NCBI GenBank assembly: GCA_025603075.1
Contig: MU626372.1
Span: 2,982-66,981 of the forward strand
Direction of reading: 5' to 3'
Length of the DNA stretch: 64,000 nucleotides
Origin: Neoconidiobolus thromboides FSU 785
Taxonomy: Eukaryota > Fungi > Entomophthoromycota
Numbering within the stretch: the stretch's first letter is position 1; the number at the start of each line of letters is the position of its first letter. The notes beneath the pieces were generated by a model. It saw nothing but the letters and a program-made list of their open reading frames with translations, did no database searches and was not told the origin of the DNA. Shown here one piece after another: positions 36,136-48,856 of this stretch. The translations under genes and the position numbers were made by a program.

Positions 36136-37964
36136 ATTGTTGTATATCTTTTAAGCTTACTATCGTAAATAATAAAACAGTTAATATTTGATATTTTTGA
36201 GTTTTTATGTTTTTTTGAACTTAATTTTAAACTTGATTTAATCAAGGTTAACTTTTGTGATTGAAATTCAAACTAACTTATTTAATAAATAATAATCCAA
36301 ATCATATATAATACAAAATAAAGGCTATATTACTTTTATCTTTATCAAATAGGTATATATATAGTTCATAAGACTAGATAGGTATCTAATTTTAGCTTAT
36401 ATTTAATATAATAGATACGCTTTTTATAAAAAATTTATCTACTAAATTTTCAAAAATTATCACTTCTTACTTAAGTGAACAAATAGTTTAAACAGAGAAT
36501 ACTGTCTACTGTCATATTCTACTTGAATCATAAAGCTGCTATAGGACTTGCTCAATTTTGTTTATATTTAAAAGATTAAACTAAGCGAGAGTAAGGCTCT
36601 GAAGACTATATGATGTTATTAAATAGCTTTTTATAATATACAAAAAAGAGGTTACAGTTTTTATGCTGTTAAATAGCATGTTCAAAGGTCTCAGGAATTT
36701 ATTGTAAGTTTTATTAAATCTTTAGAGAACCAATCAATTTCTAGATAATTTATCTGTAATTTTTAATATTTACATTCAATTTAATATTTATAAAATGAAA
36801 GGTAAAAAATAGCCCCTTTTCATATTTTATATGAGAATTTTTTTTCTTGCTATAATTCATTCTTTTTTTAAAAATTTTCACAAAATAAACTTAATGTTAG
36901 CCTTTTGTCTTGACTTATTTTTAGGAAAACACAGGTTTTAAACAGTAAACCATATCAGTCTATTTTTTAACTAATCAACCACTTATGCACAATTTCTTTT
37001 TAATAATTTCATTTCCATACTGAACTTATTTTTAATTATGTTATTTAATAAGTAGGTTCCTTAAGTTTAGACTTTAGTTTAAAAAACAGTAAGTATAATT
37101 GTCAAATATGCCTAAGTACTTATCGTTTTATGTTCTTTTCAAATATGATTTATTATTTCGTTAATTTTAAATTTATTTATTTGTAATAAGTAATATAAAA
37201 TATATAGAAACTTATTTTGAATAATAATTATCAGTTAATAAATTAAATTAAGTTCAAAAAGTAACTTTGATATACAAATTACCAAATCTTATTGTTAACT
37301 TAGTATTATCAAGTAACTAAATTTATTTAGAAATAGGAGTAAAAATAGAGAATAAAAGTTATTAGATACACAAAATATATTAAATCACTAAAACAAAACA
37401 AGGAAACTATAAATTATGTTTCATGCTTATTTATTTATTAAAGAACCACTATTAGATTCAACTTTTTGGAATAAGACTATTCTGATGCCTGAAGTATTAG
37501 ATCCTGATAGTAAAATAGTATTAAAAAATACAATTAATATAATAATTTTTATTTTCAAAACTAAATGTCAAATTTTCATTTTATTTTATCAACCTTAAGC
37601 TAAAAATAAACTTAAATGAGGAAGTTACAAACTCTTCTAAAAATAAACCATAGTTTAAAAAGAAGTACCGTAAGCCCAAATTAGAAGCAGAATTTTTAAG
37701 TTGATTGGAATGTAATTTTTGGAAGTTATAATTTAAATATTTTGGTGTTTTTAGCCAATGAAATCTCTGAAGCAATCCATTAATCTGAGAAAGCTGCAAG
37801 AAATTCCATAGAACTTTGATTTGATTTGATAAAAAGCTAAAAATTGGTGGTTCCCGAACTTAAATCATCAATAAATTTAAAGGTGTCACAATAATTATTA
37901 TATAAATAACATGTAATTTATTACTTTACTTACTTTTTTTAAAACAATTTTAAACCTTAAAAAC

Positions 37965-39458
37965 ATGTTAAAGGGATTTATTTTATCTTTATTAGTGGCT
38001 TCATCACTTGCTTTGGACCCTATCATTGCCAAAGGAAATAAATTCTTCAATAAAAAAACTGGTGAAATATTCCATGTGAAAGGTATAGCTTATCAACCCC
38101 GTGGAACTACAGACGAATCCAAAAAAGATCCATTGGCCTTCCCAGAAAATTGTAAAAGAGATGTTGAATATTTCAAAGACTTAGGTCTTAATGTTGTTCG
38201 AGTATACGAAGTCGATCCCGCCAAAGATCATAAAGAATGTATGAAGATTTTTGCTGATGCTGGTATTTATTTAGCATTAGATGTACCTATACCAAAATAT
38301 TCTATTAATCGGGATGAACCTACTTATACTATTGATATGTTAGAGCACTTCAAACAAAATATTGATGCATTTGATCAATTCGATAACGTTGCTTTCTACT
38401 TTGCAGGAAATGAAATTAACAATGATAAAACAAATACTGATGCTAATCCATTTGTTAAGGCTTCTTTAAGAGATATGAAAGCTTACATCAAAACTAAGAA
38501 GCATCAAGTATTAGTTGGATATGCTAACAACGATGATACTGATACTCGTAAAAACATTGAAGCTTATTTTAACTGTGGTAAAGATGAAGAAAGAGCTGAT
38601 TTTTATTCTGTTAATGTCTATTCTTGGTGCCGCTCTGAATCATTTGAAGCTTCTGGTTATCCTGCCCTTACCAAAGAGTTTAAAGATTATAGCATCCCAA
38701 TTTTCTTTAGTGAATATGGTTGTAATACCGCACGTCCTCGTGAATTCGTTAATGAATTAAAATCTATGTACGGACCTGATATGGAGGAAGTAGTTGCTGG
38801 TGGTATCCTTTATGAATATACTCAAGAAGATAACAAGTATGGTATTGTTAAAATCAACGGTGGCAAAGTAGAAAAGATTAAAGATGAGTATGATAACTTT
38901 AAGAAAGCTCTTGCTGGCATCAAACCTAAGAAGTATACTATTGATAGTTATAACCCTAAAAATACCGAAGCTTCTACTTGTCCTAAAATTGGAAAGGATT
39001 GGGAAGCTAGTGAAAAATTACCACCAACACCTTCAAATAAAAAATGTAAATGTATCGTAGATTCATTAAGCTGTAAGGTCAAAAAAACCGACTTAAGTGG
39101 TGATGAAATTGGAAAAACATTTAAATACCTTTGTGAAAAGGCCGATTGTAAAAAAGGACTTGGTTCTGATCCTTCTAAAGGTGAATATGGTAACCTTTCT
39201 GGATGTTCAGCTATTGATCAACTTAGCTGGGCACTCAATGAAGTCTACATGAAAGAGAACAAGAATAGCGATGCTTGTGTTGGTGAAAGTGGATTAGGTG
39301 AAGTTCAAACTCCTAGTGGAGATCTTAAATCTTGTGATGGCGTAAAGGAAGATATCAGTGCTCCAGGTTCTGGAAGCAATGGTAGTAGTGGAGCTTCATT
39401 TACAAAATACTCTTCTTCTTTGTTAGCAGTTGCAGTTGTTGGTAATTACCTTCTTTAA
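37965..39458 (+). CDS. GAS1: Gas1/Gel-like beta-1,3-glucanosyltransferase, paralog 2
   Basis: Same GH72 motifs (FAGNEI, SEYGC), Cys-rich domain and GPI tail. Confidence 0.95.
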   Translation: MLKGFILSLLVASSLALDPIIAKGNKFFNKKTGEIFHVKGIAYQPRGTTDESKKDPLAFPENCKRDVEYFKDLGLNVVRVYEVDPAKDHKECMKIFADAGIYLALDVPIPKYSINRDEPTYTIDMLEHFKQNIDAFDQFDNVAFYFAGNEINNDKTNTDANPFVKASLRDMKAYIKTKKHQVLVGYANNDDTDTRKNIEAYFNCGKDEERADFYSVNVYSWCRSESFEASGYPALTKEFKDYSIPIFFSEYGCNTARPREFVNELKSMYGPDMEEVVAGGILYEYTQEDNKYGIVKINGGKVEKIKDEYDNFKKALAGIKPKKYTIDSYNPKNTEASTCPKIGKDWEASEKLPPTPSNKKCKCIVDSLSCKVKKTDLSGDEIGKTFKYLCEKADCKKGLGSDPSKGEYGNLSGCSAIDQLSWALNEVYMKENKNSDACVGESGLGEVQTPSGDLKSCDGVKEDISAPGSGSNGSSGASFTKYSSSLLAVAVVGNYLL

Positions 39459-39598
39459 AGTAATACCGTTTATATTATATATCATTAATTTTCAATAAAA
39501 TTATTATAATTTAATTAATTTTGAGTGTCTTTTTAAAGATTTTATTTAATTTTTGGCCATTTGTACTTTAAATTAGCTTGATTCTGTTATCTAGCATT

Positions 39599-39698
39599 TA
39601 GGAATGTTTTTTACGTTTAAGAATTTTACTAATAAATTCTCCGCTTAAATAGCGCTTAAAGGATAGAAAAAGTAATGAAGCCAAAAAAAACACTTCCA
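39599..39698 (+). mobile_element. MITE family 1 copy
   Basis: TAGGAATG...CACTTCCA with TT/TT flanks. Confidence 0.85.
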
Positions 39699-39737
39699 TT
39701 TTATCTGAACATGTTTTATCCTAAAAATCTGAAAATA

Positions 39738-39830
39738 AAAGGGATGTTTCTTTCTTTTACTATTTTGTTCACTTTTAAGCTTTAATTTAGAAAACTATCA
39801 GCTAAATTTAAGACAACAAAACATCAGTAT
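39738..39830 (-). mobile_element. MITE family 1 copy, highly degenerate
   Basis: GGGATGTTTCTTTCTTTTACTATTTTG...TTTTAAGC...AAAACATC loosely follows the reverse consensus. Confidence 0.4.
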
Positions 39831-40475
39831 ACGCTGCTTGTATGTTGTATTTGCGCACTTCTTGAGAGAAAAATGCGCACTATTAAATTTTAGTTTACCT
39901 TTTTAGACAAGAAGCCAGAACAATCTCGGATTTTTTTATTACACATCCATAAAGGATAGTATAATTTATTTAATAAAGTATTAAGAAAATGAAGGGATAG
40001 AGGTAAGAAGGTTAATTGCGTAACAAAAACCTCCTTTCATTTCTTCTAAGTATTAGAATTAATAAATTCGAAATAAGCAAGAAAAATAATGATGAATTTT
40101 ATACATAATAGAAAGGAGTAATTTTTCATTTAAAAGACTTGGGTAATAAGGACGTAATTTTCTAAGAAAGATATTATTGTTAATAAATACAATTCCTTAT
40201 ATAAATTAAATTAATATTAGCCTATAATATCCTTAAAAGCATTCATAAAAATCTTTACGAGATATACTTACTTATACTAGAATATACTTGATCCATTTAA
40301 ATTAAAATTACTACATAAAGTATGTTAGACTCTAAGAGGATCTTGGATATGAAAATCTTATAATCATCGAGACAGTTCATTTGTTTTATAAAACTTTATT
40401 ATTGATAGTTATTTAAAGTTCCACTAAATAAAATCACTTCCAATTGAATCTTTTAGAAACTCAATATCAGAAATA

Positions 40476-40572
40476 TGGGGATGTATTTTTTGTTTAAGAA
40501 TTTTACTATCAAGTTTTCCACTCAAATAGCGCTTAAAAGATGGAAAAAATGAAGTCGAAAAAAACACTCCCA
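40476..40572 (+). mobile_element. MITE family 1 copy
   Basis: TGGGGATG...CACTCCCA with TA/TA flanks. Confidence 0.9.
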
Positions 40573-40777
40573 TATACTCACTCTATTCATTTTTATGTAA
40601 TGTAAAATCAAAAACTACATTAATACAGAAACGAGGGCATAAATGATTTAAGTTTTTCATGTGTAGTTAACATTGAAATCGATATTAAAAAAGAATTTGT
40701 AGATAAGAGACTAATTATTAATATAAAAAACTTTATTTATAAGTCGAGATTTTAAAGTATATTAATTACTAATTAAA

Positions 40778-41284
40778 TTATAAGTTGTTAGCAGCGAACA
40801 AGGCTAAAGCTGCTGAGAAGACGAAATATTGTGGTTCACTTACAATTGAACTAGAGCTAGAGTTACTAGAAGATAATTTAGAGCTGGTACTGGAAGCTTT
40901 AGATGAAGCAGATGAAGCCTTTGAAGATAATGAGCCTGAAGCAGATGAAATGCTATCAGAAGCTGAACTTATAGCTGAAGAAACATTATCAGTAGCTTTG
41001 CTTACGGCAGATGAAAGAGAATCAGTGGCTTTGCTTACAGCAGAAGATACAGAATCAGTGGCCTTAGAGACATCAGTAGAATCAGTGATTTTAGTAGCAG
41101 AATTTCCAGCACTAGTTTTAACGTTATCAACTAAACTGGAAGCATTGGTGAAGATGTCGTTAGCTGCGTTAGCAATATCATTACCCACGGCACCAAGGGC
41201 ATCAGTGATTTTTTTACCAGTATCATCTTGAGCTAAAGTAGATGAAGCTAATACAGTAACGAAGGCGAGTTTGGTGAATTGCAT
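40778..41284 (-). CDS. Ser/Ala-rich secreted, probably GPI-anchored, protein with 11-aa repeats
   Basis: Signal peptide then QD, repeats SSAVSKATD[S/N][V/L], hydrophobic C-terminus. Confidence 0.87.
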   Translation of the reverse strand: MQFTKLAFVTVLASSTLAQDDTGKKITDALGAVGNDIANAANDIFTNASSLVDNVKTSAGNSATKITDSTDVSKATDSVSSAVSKATDSLSSAVSKATDNVSSAISSASDSISSASGSLSSKASSASSKASSTSSKLSSSNSSSSSIVSEPQYFVFSAALALFAANNL

Positions 41285-42582
41285 TTTAGATATTATTAAG
41301 TTATTGAAATTATAAATATAAATTTATTTGTTATTTAATTTTAAGAGATGAGTTGAACCCTTTTTATATACTAATTTTTTCTGCTAAACTATATAATTTA
41401 TTTTTAGATCCCTTGTTTTTCCGCTATTTCGATTACGCTATTTCGAGTTTATGGGAACAATAGGTTACTATTATGAGCATTATAACGAGTAATATTAAAT
41501 AGTGGTAAATATCCTGCTAATTAGTGGTGGATTTTTGCCAAGGAATTTCAAGCCATAAATTCATTATTATTAAATATTCCTATCTTAAAGGTTTGATTGG
41601 CCTCTAAAAATTCAGCAATGCATAAATGTGGCTCTACCAACTGAGTCACCTTTACCTAATTGCACATTTAACTTATAATTTTGCTTGAATTCTCTTATTT
41701 AAGTTAATAAAACAAAATGGATTAATTAATAACACACAGGGCATAGTTTGAGTTAAAGATGAAAATGAAAGATACAAGAAAATCTTAGCTTAAACCCTTC
41801 CTCAAGAAAATACTACTTGGCGTGTTTCTATTTTTAAGTTTATTAATATAGAAATAACATATTGGCGTTTTCAACTTAACCAAACTTTTCCAAATTATTC
41901 TGTAACTAGGCAATTAAAACGGAGATGCTTAAAGCTGCTACTTTAATGTACAGAAAATAATTAAGAAAGATCAATTATTGAAAATCTCAAATCATTAATA
42001 CAAATGAAGAATAAATAACATTAGAATAAAGTATTTTCTAATTAATTGTTTTTATAAAGGATCCACTTAACAATCTATATGTTATTATTTTTTACACAAC
42101 AATCTATAGTTATTATTGTTACTAAAGTTTAATTAAAAAATAGCATTGCAACTTTATTTATTGTTTTAATGTTTTTAGAACTCTTATATAACATAGTTCT
42201 TTTATGTTTTATTTTTGAAAGTGATTAAAAGTTAAAGAATTACGATTCTCAATTGCCCACTAAACATTTTTTAAATTTGAATTTTAATAGGTGAGCGTTT
42301 GTTCCTTAAAAAGGAGGTTGGGCTTTGCCCATTTAAGCTTAGTTTTTAAACAGTAATTTTCTAATTTATGTTAATTTAACCTATTAAATGGTTATGACGA
42401 ATATATACATTCAAATAAAAGGTGACATTGGATCAAATATGTCTAAAAAATTAGCTGATCAAGGATTGATTTGATTAGCTAATTTTTTTTGGATTTTATT
42501 GGCCCCATATTGTTATTGACGAATTCGATTAAAGGGATTAGCTGTAATCAAATTCTTAAAAAAGTTGATGACGCTCAAGAGG

Positions 42583-43539
42583 TCAAGCAGTTTGTGGTTT
42601 AGCAAGTTCAATACTGTTAGTGGCACCGAGAATACGTTTAATATCGCCGTAAATAGCGAACTGGCCTGATGTAAGGGCACCAACCATGATAATACGAGCG
42701 CCAAGGCCAAGAAAGAGCCCACGTGGACCAAGTTCTTTAGCCGCGATGATTAAGCGAGGTACAATAGACCCTTCAGCACCCTTTTGTTTATTGATTTTAG
42801 AGAGAAGGGTATCAGCTGGTTGGGATATAATAGCAGCAGCAAAACCAGCAATCAAACCAGCACCAAGGTTGATATAAGTATTAGTGACTGGAGAAAGTTG
42901 TTCCTTTGATTTGCCAATGGAAGCGTAGATGGCTTCAGTGGCACGTTCGTAGGCAACAAATTTAGTCATGTTGTATGGAACTTGTTTGAAAAGAATCGGG
43001 ATGAAACCGGAGTAGAAACCACGGGCTACACCTTCTTCTTTAAAGATACGACTGAAACCCGATATAAGGCCAGTAGCGAATCCAGGTTGAGAAACAAGAC
43101 GAATACGAGTGGCTTCAAGTGGGCAAAGAGCGATATCAGCAAAGAATTCAGCAATAGCTGAAGAAGCAAGGTATACGGCAGTACGATTATTAGTGGCAGT
43201 TTCAACACCAACTGTTTCAATAATGGTCTTTTTGAAGAATTCATATCCCCCAAATTTAAAGGCACCTTGAATAAAATAACCAGTAACAGTTGGTCCAAGA
43301 CCAGTAAGAAGGATACCAGCACCTTCATTCTTAACTACTTGGCGGAAAGAACCAAGCATTCCATTTTTGTACACAGTTGGTTCAAGCTGCATACGAGTTT
43401 TAACAACATCAATTGGGGTTAAAGTACCATGGGTAACAGCGCAGGAAATGGCACCTGCAAAGGCAGAGCGGGCAAAAAAGTCTATTCCAGTTGGTGGAGC
43501 AGATTCTTTAGGCTTACGAGCAATAATATTTGAGTGCAT
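42583..43539 (-). CDS. MIR1: Mitochondrial phosphate carrier (SLC25A3/Mir1 type)
   Basis: Carrier motifs [32 protein letters not shown]; [14 protein letters not shown] and [10 protein letters not shown] are typical of the phosphate carrier. Confidence 0.93.
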   Translation of the reverse strand: MHSNIIARKPKESAPPTGIDFFARSAFAGAISCAVTHGTLTPIDVVKTRMQLEPTVYKNGMLGSFRQVVKNEGAGILLTGLGPTVTGYFIQGAFKFGGYEFFKKTIIETVGVETATNNRTAVYLASSAIAEFFADIALCPLEATRIRLVSQPGFATGLISGFSRIFKEEGVARGFYSGFIPILFKQVPYNMTKFVAYERATEAIYASIGKSKEQLSPVTNTYINLGAGLIAGFAAAIISQPADTLLSKINKQKGAEGSIVPRLIIAAKELGPRGLFLGLGARIIMVGALTSGQFAIYGDIKRILGATNSIELAKPQTA

Positions 43540-44138
43540 ATTAATTAATAGCTAATAGCTTTTAATAGCTGGATCGTAAAATTATAAGTCTAAGTATAAT
43601 AAAGAAAAGTTCGAAATTTTTTAATTTTGTTGAAACTTAAAGATTATGATATATTATAACCAATTAAGAAAATAGAACATTTGACCTTTCAGTTGAGATG
43701 TATAACTTTTCTTAAGCTATATTTGAGGTTGGAAATGTAAGCCTTTCAATTGGCTATCGCTTTTTACACATTTCGAATTATCTCAATTCAACAGATCAAG
43801 TGTCTCTTCGCTATTTTTATAATTGGTTATACTATCTTTTTTATCTTAAATTAGTTCATCCCCAATTTATTTAATATATTGCTCTATGAATCTCCAAGTT
43901 AAATGTTAGGGGTTAATAGTGATGAATAATGAAATAAGTTAGCAAAAAAACACTATCGAAATACATCAAAAAAAAAGTAAAAAACATAAAAAAATTAAAG
44001 AAATAAAAATTAATAATTATTAGTAGTAAAAATATAAAATAATAATACAAAATTTTTAATATCAAATTAAATATTTTTTAAACCAGCTATCATTAATATA
44101 AAAAATATCAAACAAAAAAGAGAGGATCCATCATTGAA

Positions 44139-44819
44139 CTAAATTAAATGGTATTTGGACTGTTTAAATCGAAGTAATTCAAGTTTACGAAAAGCCAGCT
44201 TTTGACGGTATCTTAGCACTGTACCAGCCAGATAGGAAACTAAAGATAAGAATAGCAATATGGAATAAATCGATAATCCTATTGGGAACCCTACTAAGTA
44301 AGTCCCATCTGCTTCCAATTGAGCATCATAAGTATACCCTTTTAACTTAACTCTCTTTTTGTTAGGTACATTTGACTGTTGAGTAATATTATTTGTGGCT
44401 TCGATATTAGTAGTAGTGTTAGTTTCAAATTTAATAATATTCCACTTATCAAGTGACATATTAAAATCATTTGAATCTATTAATTTTGATTTAATAATAA
44501 TTTGAAATTGCACATCATTACTTGATTTTATTGTAAAATTATTATCATTAAAATTGTAAATTAAGTTAGTTGGTATTATATTCATAATTTGAATCTCATT
44601 ATTTTGAAATTGATTACTTAAATAATAAGTTGTATCTGGTGTTATATTCCATTGAATCGTATAGTTGACTTCAATGACATTACTTTCTACGCGCTTAATG
44701 TCATTGACACTTGTAAGTAAAGAATAGTTGTTGGCATTATCGCATTTTATAAGAAATAAAGAAGAGAAATAAAGAAATAAATAGAAATAATAATAATTAA
44801 TAGAAGGCATTAATTTCAT
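44139..44819 (-). CDS. Orphan type-I membrane protein (signal peptide, Asn-rich ectodomain, C-terminal TM, basic tail)
   Basis: 226-aa ORF with hydrophobic N-terminus and segment VGFPIGLSIYSILLFLSLVSYLAGTVL followed by RYRQK. Confidence 0.7.
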   Translation of the reverse strand: MKLMPSINYYYFYLFLYFSSLFLIKCDNANNYSLLTSVNDIKRVESNVIEVNYTIQWNITPDTTYYLSNQFQNNEIQIMNIIPTNLIYNFNDNNFTIKSSNDVQFQIIIKSKLIDSNDFNMSLDKWNIIKFETNTTTNIEATNNITQQSNVPNKKRVKLKGYTYDAQLEADGTYLVGFPIGLSIYSILLFLSLVSYLAGTVLRYRQKLAFRKLELLRFKQSKYHLI

Positions 44820-46515
44820 TATTAAAAAGTAGAATAAAAAACATTAAAAGATAAACCTATTGTTTATTAAAATTATTATTTATTTGTTGATACCCCCTTC
44901 TTTTTTAATTCAGTTAGCTTTCATTTATCTTCAACAAGTATTATTTGCCATGTGAAAATTGCTAAATTTAGACTTTACGTTGTATGGACTTTGTTGATTT
45001 ACCTAATATACGAAGGTTTTCTTAATACCCTATTGGTTATCATTTTCATTGTTTGAAACTAACATTAAGAGCTGATTTAATGTTTGTTTTTCAAGGCTTA
45101 CTGAAAATTAAGATTTTAATAGTAAATTTTTACTTGCTTTAGTAGATTAGCCAAAGGGTGCAAGCATTTATTTTTCCAAAGCATTAATACAGAAATTTGG
45201 TATAGTTTTTTGAGTTTTAAGGCATAAAGCCAAGAGAAGAGTTTATTTGCGAAAATTAAAAATAGCCATTTTTTAATATAAAAAACTGTAAAATTAAATC
45301 ATTTAAACAGTATAACATACTATTTTTATAAATTAAAAAGAATTAAATTACAATATTTGAATTACAATATTTGAATTTATAGATTAATTGATTAAATGTT
45401 TTCAAATCTCAATTAAAATGTCCCAGTTTAATCTAGTAGCTGTAATTTTATTATAGTTATTTTGCTTGGGGAAAGTGATCCATTTTTATCATCCCCCTAT
45501 TTTTTATTTTCAAGATGAAACGCTGTTTTAGCAGTAAAAAGCCAAAAGACATAATATAATTTATAAAAATATATGTAAGAATCAAGTTTCCAATACCATA
45601 AGTTGCATATTAAATGTAAATTAATAGTGGGATGTTTATAAGAAGCAACTTAGATATGAAAGAGATCTATTTAAAGTATAAATAAGCAATCAAGAAATCA
45701 AATTAAACCTCAGATGTCAAAAGAAAACAACTTAAACAAAAGCAAAAGCTTTATAAAGGAAGATTTTATTGAATTAGCAATAAAGATAGAAGCTGAAAAG
45801 ATTACTAATTAATAATAAGATAGCAGTAATAGCTGAAAGTTATTGTAAATGCTCGGGGAGACATTAGAAGTTAGCGATTTACAACTTTGAAATGTAGTAT
45901 CTATTGCTCCATTAGTTTGAAACTGTGATCTTGTTCCCAATAAAATGAAAAACACAGGATGTTTAAAGTTTTTATGGACGTTTTTAAGGCAGTATAATTT
46001 TGAAAGAAGTAGGGATAAGATAGCAATATTAATAAATATGGTTTGAAATAATCTGCTTTTTAATAGTTTTGATTTTTGTATTAATAGAATCAAAAATATT
46101 AAAATTATTAATATTGAAACAAAATGACCTAAAATATGTCTTTTCAAACTTTTAAGAAAATTCGAATTTTATATTTATATTGAAGGCTTTATATTTAAGT
46201 ATCTTTATATATATTAAAATAATAATTATTAATTTATAGTTTATCACTTAAATATATATTTCAACTTTAAAAAGAAACAATTTATTATATAAACTATTTT
46301 TTTATAGAAAAAAAGTAAAACAGAATGAACAAAATTAAATATAAATATATATTATTTATAACAAAAAATAAACTAGAACATTATTTATTAAGATTTATTT
46401 GTTATATCTAATTAAAAATTTCAATATGATCAACCTAAACCAGTACATATAAATTTATAAAAGCAGATGCTTATATTTTAAAAGTTTAATAAAGCTTTAA
46501 TCTAATAATGAAATA

Positions 46516-46613
46516 TGTGGATGTATTTTTGTGTTTAAGAATTTTACTAACAATTTTTCCACTTAAATAACGCTTAAAAGGGAGAAAGTAATGAAGCCAA
46601 AAAAACACTCTCA
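46516..46613 (+). mobile_element. MITE family 1 copy
   Basis: TGTGGATG...CACTCTCA with TA/TA flanks. Confidence 0.9.
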
Positions 46614-47019
46614 TATGATAAAAAAAGTTTTGAAATACAAAAGTTTTTTTAAATTAAAAATTACTGTTAAAACATTTAAATATTGACTTTTAAACAAATA
46701 ATTAAAGAGTATTATGAGTTTATGTTAAGTAAATATTCTTCATTAGAATACAAGGTAACAAATAACTAAGGGGATGAGGGGCATGTAATGGGGAATAAAT
46801 CAAAGCATATTAAGTGGTATTTTCTAAAGTAAGCAATAAAAGAGAAAATTCATTTAATTATGAAATGTGATAAAAGCTACTCATACTTTATATAATTGTG
46901 ACGCACCTCTATTCAAACCTTCGAGTACTGTAGCTAATTGTGAAAAATTCTATTTATACAGAGGGAAGGCTGGATATTTCCTTTTCAAGAGGGAACTATT
47001 AAAGAATCTAAAATATATA

Positions 47020-47112
47020 TGGGGATGTTTTGTTTAAGAATTTCATTAATGATCTTTTCACTCAAACAATGCTTAAAAAATGGAAAAAGTGATGAAATCA
47101 AAAACATCCTCA
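47020..47112 (+). mobile_element. MITE family 1 copy
   Basis: TGGGGATG...CATCCTCA with TA/TA flanks. Confidence 0.9.
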
Positions 47113-48856
47113 TATAAAAGGTTTTAGACAACATGCCAATGATAGAAAAAAAGCTGATTTTGAAAGATTTAAGCTACATAATGCAGATGAAAATTTACCT
47201 CATTAATCCTTTGGTTCAACTTAAATTATTGTTTTGATAATTACAACCAAAATTTTTAATGACAAATTTATTTATCCTTAAAGCTATTAATGTGTTTATG
47301 AATGCATTTGTACCAAGCAAGGTGGGAGTTATGTTAGTATCTTATGGCGGTCAAAAGGTTGTATAGGAGATTACTTCAGAAGGACTTTAACCTACAACCA
47401 TCTAGCTTTAGAACTTGGTGAGCGTGATATTGCTTATATGAAATTTGTTCATTATTATAATTGCTGACTTCAACGGTTACTGCCAAAAATTTGGTGAATA
47501 AATTTTCTATTGATGGCGAAAGCTTAATTTTTAATATATAATAAACATTGTTACAAATTGCTTTATACGTTTCTTTACTCTTTTATTATCTTTTATCTTA
47601 GTGTCTTGAATATTGATATTTTTATAAAGTTTTTCAAACACACTCTTGTATATTTAGTATTTAATATACATAAGACTCTATTTTACTCATTTAAGTTTGC
47701 TTTTGACCATGATGGTTATTATGTAATATAGGTAAAAATACTTCTGTTCTCAAAGCAGAGGATTTTGTTAAGGAAATGTAAGACGAGAAGTACTACGACA
47801 TAAAAAGGATATAATAATTTATATTTAAATTCTCTATGAATAAGAAAACATTCAATCTTCTTTGATTATTATTTAAAGTTAGCGTCCTATACCCCGAGAC
47901 TTTATTTTTGAAGCAACAGAGTTATCCAAAGGAAGTATATTTGTTGGATTTACACCAATACTTTATAAAAAGGCTATAGGTTGTATACACATAGTGAAGA
48001 GGTTAAAAGTTTACTTACTTGGTTAGGACCTTTAGCTTAAATGACTTTATTTAAAACTATGTAGTATTTTGAATTTGAGCCCTATTTACAATTTGATTAA
48101 GCTGCTGTGATGACATTAGTCTAAATAATTTTTAAACAAAGTACTAAATTTAAAAATATCTTTTGTGTAAAACGCAAATTCTGTTCTAAAAATTATAAAT
48201 TATAATTCTTGGCAAAACACCTTAATACTTCATAGGGTGAGAAATGCTAGCATCTCTCTTTTTGACTCTCCTAGAGCTTTATTCATTTTATAATAAATTT
48301 TAACATTGATAGAAGTTCCAAAACATATCATCTATTATTTATATTATGCTAAAACCTTATGAGTTTATGTCTTTAAGTGTGTAGTAAAATTTATTTAACA
48401 AATCCTAATAACTTCAAAAAACACATAAATTATTATAATTTCAATAGCTAACTTTTAGTAAGGTTGTAAACGATTCGCCTATGTTATATTACTTTAAGAA
48501 CTTCGAGTTTGTGTAGCAATTTAAAATTTCTTATAATAAATCATATCAATATAATTTGGAATAGGGTTGACTAGAATAATGAACTTTTTAACTATATTAT
48601 AAAACTTTGATAAAAAAATATTGCTATAATAATACTAACATGTAATATTTATATATTGACGTTATTTATTTGGTTATTTTTAATTATATGAATTAAATTT
48701 AGATGAAAAAACAAGATTTCTAATTTTAAAATCCCGAAAGGGTCCAAAAGCTTAAATTATTTTCGAAAAAGTAGGAACCAAATAGGAACACATCGTATCA
48801 AAATATATATAAATGTCCAACTTTAGCCAAGCTTTCGGACATGCTTTTTTTTAGTA

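Noticed and set aside
40785-41231. 148-aa antisense ORF
   Set aside because: Mirror of the Ser/Ala-rich gene on the other strand.
45809-46217. 112-aa minus ORF, and a plus frame (45849-46217) open only if its four TGA are read as Trp, suggesting a mitochondrial insertion
   Set aside because: A rough estimate from base composition gives about one such TAA/TAG-free stretch per window by chance, and there is no resemblance to a mitochondrial protein. A BLAST against the mitochondrial genome would settle it.
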